A model generated the notes under the pieces. The model had not been told where the DNA came from and ran no database searches. It saw only the letters and a list, made by a program, of their open reading frames with translations. A DNA stretch of 24,426 nucleotides from an uncultured Chitinophagaceae bacterium (GTDB taxonomy: Bacteria; Bacteroidota; Bacteroidia; Chitinophagales; Chitinophagaceae): positions 76,639-101,064 of the forward strand of contig CAYZDJ010000007.1 in NCBI GenBank assembly GCA_964477265.1. Reading direction: 5' to 3'. Positions 15,738 through 22,100 of the stretch are shown in pieces. Every line of letters begins with the position of its first letter. The first letter of the stretch is position 1. Made by a program: the position numbers and the translations under genes.

Positions 15738-16196
15738 ATGTTTAATTGGTTTAAAAAAAAGGCAGAGGATTATTTTACTCCACACGAAAAGCAGGTAATT
15801 ACAGATGCCATTAGACAAGCTGAAAAATATACCAGTGGTGAGGTTCGTGTATTTGTTGAAAGTAAATGCAGCTATGTTAATGCTATTGACAGGGCTAAAG
15901 AATTATTTGACAAATTAGACATGCACAAAACTGCTGAGCGAAATGCTGTGATAGTTTATGTGGCAATTAAAGACAGGCAGCTAGCCATTTTTGCAGATGC
16001 AGGTATTCACGAAAAAGTAGGCCAGCAATTCTGGAATGAACAACTAAAGCTGATGCTGCAACATTTTAATAAAGAATATTATGTAGATGGCATTGCTACA
16101 GTTGTAAAAGAAATTGGCAAAGCCTTGCAAACTTATTTCCCTTACCAAAAAAATGATGTGAATGAATTGCCTGATGATATCGTTTTTGGTAAATAA
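15738..16196 (+). CDS. TPM domain-containing protein (small, no signal peptide)
   Basis: The segment HEKQVITDAIRQAEKYTSGEVRVFVES...AVIVYVAIKDRQLAIFADAGIHEKV fits the TPM/DUF477 (TLP18.3/Psb32/MOLO-1) pattern. It occupies the usual position next to lemA. Confidence 0.8.
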   Translation: MFNWFKKKAEDYFTPHEKQVITDAIRQAEKYTSGEVRVFVESKCSYVNAIDRAKELFDKLDMHKTAERNAVIVYVAIKDRQLAIFADAGIHEKVGQQFWNEQLKLMLQHFNKEYYVDGIATVVKEIGKALQTYFPYQKNDVNELPDDIVFGK

Positions 16197-16247
16197 CTGC
16201 AGGTCATTTCATTAATAAAGTCATTATATAATTACACTATCAATTAC

Positions 16248-17009
16248 TTGAAAAAGTTACTCTACATATTGCTTAGTTTTTTGTGCTTGCATGCAACAGC
16301 ACAAAAAAGTTTACAAAAACCTAATCCTGCTCGTTTGGTTGTTGACAACGCCAATGCATTTGCAAGTCATGACAGACAGGCTCTTGAGGAAAAATTGGTT
16401 GCCCTTGATGACAACACAAGCAACCAGATTTGTGTGGTTACTGTACCATCGTTAAATGGCGAAGTTTTGGAAGAAGTTGCCAATAAAACATTCAGGGATT
16501 GGGGCATTGGAAATAAAAAAACAAACAATGGCATATTAATTCTTGTTGCTGTTAATGACAGAAAAGTAAGGATAGAAGTAGGTGGTGGTTTGGAAGGTGC
16601 AATACCCGATGTTGCTGCAAATGATATTATTAATAATGATATTAAACCTGCCTTCAGGCAAGGCAATTATATAAGTGGCATTAATGCTGCTGTTGACAAT
16701 TTAAGCAAGGCTGCAAAAGGTGAATATGATGTTAAAAAAAATAAGGAAAGCAACCATAAGATTCATGTTGGTGGTATTATTAAACTTATATTTTTTGTAA
16801 TACTGATAATAGTATTTTTTGCAAGTGGTAGTGGTGGTGGTAGAGGAGGTAGAAATCGAGGTAGTGGTAGTTGGATGTTGCCTTTATTATTTAGTGGTGG
16901 TGGCAATAGCAATTGGGGAGGTGGGGGCAGTAGTGATTTTGGAGGTGGTGGTTTTGGAGGCTTTGGAGGAGGAAGTAGTGGTGGTGGTGGAGCAAGTGGA
17001 AGCTGGTAA
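16248..17009 (+). CDS. TPM domain-containing membrane protein (YgcG-like) with a Gly-rich C-terminal tail
   Basis: TTG start. Signal peptide MKKLLYILLSFLCLHATAQ. TPM core LVVDNANAF...QICVVTVPSLNG...GILILVAVNDRKVRIEVGGGLEG, a TM helix IIKLIFFVILIIVFF and a long G/S-rich tail. Confidence 0.85.
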   Translation: MKKLLYILLSFLCLHATAQKSLQKPNPARLVVDNANAFASHDRQALEEKLVALDDNTSNQICVVTVPSLNGEVLEEVANKTFRDWGIGNKKTNNGILILVAVNDRKVRIEVGGGLEGAIPDVAANDIINNDIKPAFRQGNYISGINAAVDNLSKAAKGEYDVKKNKESNHKIHVGGIIKLIFFVILIIVFFASGSGGGRGGRNRGSGSWMLPLLFSGGGNSNWGGGGSSDFGGGGFGGFGGGSSGGGGASGSW

Positions 17010-17059
17010 AAGCTTTAATAAGCAAAATGTCAATACTCTTTTTAAATAGATTTTACGAA

Positions 17060-17098
17060 AAAATTAAAGCCTCGAATATCATTCGAGGCTTTAATTTT
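17060..17098. terminator. Bidirectional terminator between the convergent TPM and phosphorylase genes
   Basis: A ~17-bp stem (17061-17077 pairs with 17081-17097) with a GC core CCTCGAAT/ATTCGAGG. A-rich 5' and T-rich 3' flanks. Confidence 0.8.
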
Positions 17099-17207
17099 AA
17101 ATAACCTGTTTAGCTATTTTTTGTATCAACCTAATTTTTGTAATTGTTAATTTATTTGCCAACTAAACCCATGCAAATTGACTCTACAGAACTTTGCGAT
17201 AACAATT

Positions 17208-18860
17208 TTATTTATACATTATTTCATAATACTCGTGTGCCATCCTGTTGCTATCAAATTCGTGACGCACATCTTTCATTCCTTCTTTAACAATGCTTCT
17301 CCATTTATCTTTATCATCATAATACAAAGGAATAATTTCATTCTCCAAAATTTCATAAGCCTTGTTTAAATCATAATCATCCTGCTCTTGTGTATGCATG
17401 TTGGCATAGTCTGCTTTAGGCACAACAAAACTGTTTACACCATGCTTTGCAAATTCTGGTATCCATCCATCATCTGTACTAAAGTTTACAGCACCATTCA
17501 TACTTGCAGTCATGCCACTTGTGCCACTTGCCTCACGTGGTACACGAGGGTTGTTTAACCACACATCTGCACATTGCTTTAACCTTCGGCTAAGCAATAA
17601 TTCGTAACCTACCAACACCGATACATTTTTATAATTTTTACTTAAATGCACCAGGTTGTTAAACTGTGTAATTGCTGGATAATCCTGTGGATAAGGCTTT
17701 CCTGCCCATATAATTTGAACAGGATATTTTTTATTGTTCAGCATTCTTTCAAAACGTGGCATGTCATAAGTAAGCATGTCTGCACGTTTGTAGCCTGCAA
17801 ACCTTCTTGCCCAAACTATTGTTAAAACCTCAGGGTCAAATAATTTTCCTGTTTGGTCTGCAACTATTTCAAATGCCCTGCGTTTTAAATACCATTTCCT
17901 GTCATCAATACCCCAATCATTTTCACTATCTAAATGTCTGTATAAAGGCTCATCTGCCCAGTAAGTATAGTTTTGTGCATTTGTGATTGAAGTTATCGGG
18001 CAAATGCCATCATATTTTCCCCACATTTCCCTGCTTACTTCGCCATGCAATTTACTTACACCATTACTTTTTCGTGCAAAACGCAATGCCACCAGCGAAT
18101 GGTTAAACTGATCATCGGTTGTGCCAGTTAATTTCCTTACTTCATCCAAACTCATTCCACAGAAGTAACTCATTTTATGGCACAAGTATAAATCGTGTTT
18201 TTCGTTGCCTGCTTCTTCTGGCGTATGTGTGGTAAACACAAGCTTTTCCTTTAGCTTGCTTACGCTTTGGTATTTATTTAACAAATAAAATGCAGCACTA
18301 ATACCATGTGCCTCGTTTAAATGATATACATCTGGATTAAATCCTAATTCATCAATAAGCTTTGCACCACCAACGCCTAATAAAATAAACTGTGCTACTT
18401 TGGTAGAAACATTTGCATCATACAACCTATGTGTAATGGTTTGAGAAACGTGGTCATTCTCTGGCAAATCAGTACTTAATAAAAATAAAGGTGCAGTTTT
18501 AAAAGTTTCAGGATTTAAGTATAAAGCCTTTACCCAAACAGGGCTGTCGTGTATTAATATCTGAAACTTGATACCTGTTTCTTCTAAAAATGTTGGTGTT
18601 TTTTCCATCCATGCAGGAACAAGCGTTTGGTCTTGTGCCCTTGTTTGGTCGTAATATCCATACTTCCACAAAATACCAATACCAATCATATTTTGCTTAA
18701 GCTCGTAAGCACTACGCAAATGGCTGCCACTTAAAAAACCCAGGCCACCACTGTATATTTTTAATGGCTGATGAATAGCATACTCCATTGAAAAATACGC
18801 AGCCTTTTTACTGTACTGTTCATTTACATTATAAGGGACTGTAAAACTTCTAAAATTCAT
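17208..18860 (-). CDS. Alpha-glucan phosphorylase family (GT35, short TIGR02094-like form) homologue with a non-canonical PLP site
   Basis: Family motifs present: AYFSMEYAIHQPLKIYSGGLGFLSGSHLRS, HLNEAH, FTTHTPEEAG, NGVSKLHGEVS, ARRFAGYKR and EASGTSGM-T-ASMNG. The normally invariant Lys after GM is Thr here. Confidence 0.85.
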   Translation of the reverse strand: MNFRSFTVPYNVNEQYSKKAAYFSMEYAIHQPLKIYSGGLGFLSGSHLRSAYELKQNMIGIGILWKYGYYDQTRAQDQTLVPAWMEKTPTFLEETGIKFQILIHDSPVWVKALYLNPETFKTAPLFLLSTDLPENDHVSQTITHRLYDANVSTKVAQFILLGVGGAKLIDELGFNPDVYHLNEAHGISAAFYLLNKYQSVSKLKEKLVFTTHTPEEAGNEKHDLYLCHKMSYFCGMSLDEVRKLTGTTDDQFNHSLVALRFARKSNGVSKLHGEVSREMWGKYDGICPITSITNAQNYTYWADEPLYRHLDSENDWGIDDRKWYLKRRAFEIVADQTGKLFDPEVLTIVWARRFAGYKRADMLTYDMPRFERMLNNKKYPVQIIWAGKPYPQDYPAITQFNNLVHLSKNYKNVSVLVGYELLLSRRLKQCADVWLNNPRVPREASGTSGMTASMNGAVNFSTDDGWIPEFAKHGVNSFVVPKADYANMHTQEQDDYDLNKAYEILENEIIPLYYDDKDKWRSIVKEGMKDVRHEFDSNRMAHEYYEIMYK

Positions 18861-19094
18861 AGAATTAGTTTTGATTAATTACTGCAATAATAAAAGGAAA
18901 AAACAACAATGTAATTCTTACACATTGATTGTGGAGAAGTTGGGTAAACATTCTTACATTTTTAATACTAACAGGTGTTGGTATAATTATGATTTGGAAA
19001 TGAATAAAAGCAACTAAATTTTATTATCAATAGGAAACATAAGCTAGTCAATGAAACTGCTGGTAACGCAATGAAAACATTAAACAGACCATCT

Positions 19095-19133
19095 TAAAAA
19101 CAAAAAGCCCCGAAGCAGTGCTTCAGGGCTTTT
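19095..19133 (-). terminator. Rho-independent terminator of the giant T9SS gene
   Basis: The stem 19103-19116 with 19120-19133 has a single C/A mismatch on the plus strand. That position becomes a G-U wobble on the minus-strand RNA. It is followed on the minus strand by UUUUUGUUUUU. Confidence 0.8.
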
Positions 19134-19140
19134 GTTTAAA

Positions 19141-22100
19141 TTATTCCTTCACAAATTTTTCAACTCCTCTCCTGTCGTCTGTTGTTATAATTTCTACAAA
19201 GTATGTTGCCTTGCTTAAATTACCAACAGGGATTTGGGTTGTACCTGTTGATGAAATTGAAGTTGTGGTATAAACTGTTTTACCATTAATATCAAACACC
19301 CTTATTTGTTTTGCATCAGCATTTGTTATTCTTACATTCAATACATTGCTTACAGGGTTTGGATATACGCTAACTATAAATCCTAAAGTTTCTGGTTTAA
19401 AGTTTACTGTCCTTACAGCACTGTATTCAAACTTTCCATCTTTATCTACTTGTTTCAATCGGTAATAGTTAATACCAATAAATGGTTTTTCATCTGTAAA
19501 GCTGTAATCACTTGCAAAGCCTTTGGCAACAACATTACCAATAGTTACATAAGCCCTGCCATCAATGCTTCTTTGCACTTCAAACAATTTACTGTTTACC
19601 TCTGTTTTACTTGCCCATTTTATCAATGTAGTTTTATTTACTTTATCAGCAGTAAAACTGTTTAATACAATTGGCAATGGTGTTATGGTTATATCCATAG
19701 AATCTTTAGGGCTGTAGCAAGTAAGACTATTAATTGCAATAACCTGTAACGAACCACTTGTAGCATTATTTGCATAGTCAACTGTTATTTGAGTGGTAAA
19801 TTGACCCAACACAATGCTTGCACCTGTTCCAGTATAAGACCAAACATATTGTGTTGCATTTGGCGATATGCTACAGTTATACACTACTCCAGTTTGCCCA
19901 GCAGTTATAGTATTATTTGCTATAACAATTACAGGTTTTGCAAGGCTTTGTGTAATAGTTAAACTTAAGGTAATAATGCTATCGCAGCCAGCAATATTTG
20001 CAATGGTGTCGTTATAAATTCCACTTGAAGTATATTTTTTTCCATTCCACCAAAAACTGTCGCAAGCACTTGTAGCTGTAAACGATGTGGTAGGATGATT
20101 GATTGTTAAATGCAAAGTAGCTGTGCTATCGCAATTTGCTACATTGGTACTACTCCAAGTGTAAGTACCACTTGTTGTGTATTTAACTCCATTCCACCAT
20201 AAACTATCGCAGGCACTTGTAGTTGTTGTTGATGTAGTGCTATTGGTTATTGTTAAATGTAATGTTGCAGTACTATCGCAACTTGCAGCATTTAATGTAT
20301 AATAAGTATATGTTCCACTAACTGTATATTTAGTTCCATTCCACAACAAGCTATCGCAATTTGTTACAGTCGTAACAGATGTTGTAGTATCACTAATGGT
20401 TAATACAAGTGTTGCCACACTATCGCAACCTGATGCGTTTGTACCTTTCCATGTATATGCACCTGCTGCTGAATAATTGCTTCCATTCCAGCTATAAGGC
20501 AGCATATTGTTACATACTGTTTTATTGGTAACAGATGTTGTGGTGTCTGCAATGCTTAACACTAAAGTAGCTACGCTATCGCAACCTGCTGCATTTGTAC
20601 CTTTCCATGTATATGCACCTGCTGCTGAATAATTGTTTCCATTCCAACTATAAGGCAACATATTGTTACAAGCTGTTTTGTTGGTAACAGATGTTGTGGT
20701 GTCTGCAATGCTTAACACTAAAGTAGCTATGCTATCGCAGCCTGCGGCATTTGTACCTTTCCATGTATATATACCTGCTGCTGAATAATTGTTTCCATTC
20801 CAACTATAAGGCAGCATATTGTTGCATGCAGTTTTATTGGTAACAGATGTTGTGGTGTCAGTTACTGTAAATACCAATGTTGCTATACTATCGCAACCAT
20901 TGTTGCCCATGCCAACCAATGTGTCATTATAAGAACCGCTTGTGTAGTAATTTTTTCCAGCCCACACATATGGCAACATATTGTTACATGCACTTGCTGT
21001 AATTGCAGATGTTGGGTTGGGTTTAACTGTAACTGTTGTTGCAACAGATGACTTACACAAGCCTGCAGTATTACTACCAGTAATAGCAATTGGGCCTGGT
21101 TTAGCTGTACCAAAGTTAATGATGCCATTGCCATAGCTACCTGCACCTGTATTTGCCCTTGTTAAAAATTGGTTGCTCAAGAAGCCATTATCTGAACTGT
21201 ATAAAGCAAATACCCTTAAAGTACCGCCTATGTAACCAATAGCAGATTTTGGAATTGCAAATTCAAAACCCTGCGTTTGAGAATTGTTTACAGGATTTGC
21301 ACCAATGCTGTAACCTGTTGCAGGTGTAATGTTGCTACCAATATAATTGTTAGGACCACCACCGCTACTTGCTGTACCACTCAATGTAAATAAATCAAAA
21401 TAGTACTGACTACTAGTAACATCTGTTCCAATACCTAAGCAATAATCTGCTTCAAACCCTGGGTCGAAGCTTGTACCAGAATTAAAGTTTTTAATAGCAT
21501 CGTTAATACCATTTCTACCATAATTTCCAGTATTATAACCACCAGATTTACTATCAATAAATAACATAATCCTGTTATTATTTTGAACATTACCTGCTAT
21601 AGCAATGTATATATTATCATTATCTGTTCTTGCATAAATGGCATTTAATTCGTGTCCTGCACCAAAGCTTGGTGATGGGCCAAATGTTGATACAGCAAGT
21701 GGCTTGCCCCAGAAGTTTTCGGTAATGTTTCCATCAAATGTTGGTTTAAGGTTAGTGGCTTCAACAGTATAAACAATACCATTATTGGCTGTTGTTAAAA
21801 CCGGTGAATTATATGCTAACGATGCACCACTTTGCATTACTGAATTGCTCTGGTAGAAAGCATAATTATTAACCCCACTATCTGCACTGCTTGCAGTAAA
21901 GTTTACAATATTATTGTTGCAAATACTTACTGCTGGTGCAGGATTTAAACTAACATTTGGTTTAGTTACAGGCAACACGGTTTCCTGATTGCTATAGAAT
22001 GTACCACAGCCAGCAATAGTGGTTTTAATTACATATTGTGTTGGTGTGGTAATGTTAATGTCTAATGTAGAATCGTGTCCTGCAATCTGCCATGTATCTT

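Noticed and set aside
16819-17049. 76-aa V/E-rich ORF (MQVVVVVVEEVEIEVV...)
   Set aside because: It is an alternate frame of the GGT/GGA-rich segment that encodes the Gly-rich tail of the TPM protein, so it is a compositional artefact.
18911-18958. Direct 9-nt repeat ATTCTTACA (18914-18922, 18950-18958) with GTAA-N-TTAC dyads upstream of the phosphorylase homologue, as a possible operator
   Set aside because: Chance expectation for one 9-mer repeat within a ~240-nt AT-rich spacer is not negligible (order 0.1 by rough estimate). There is no further support.
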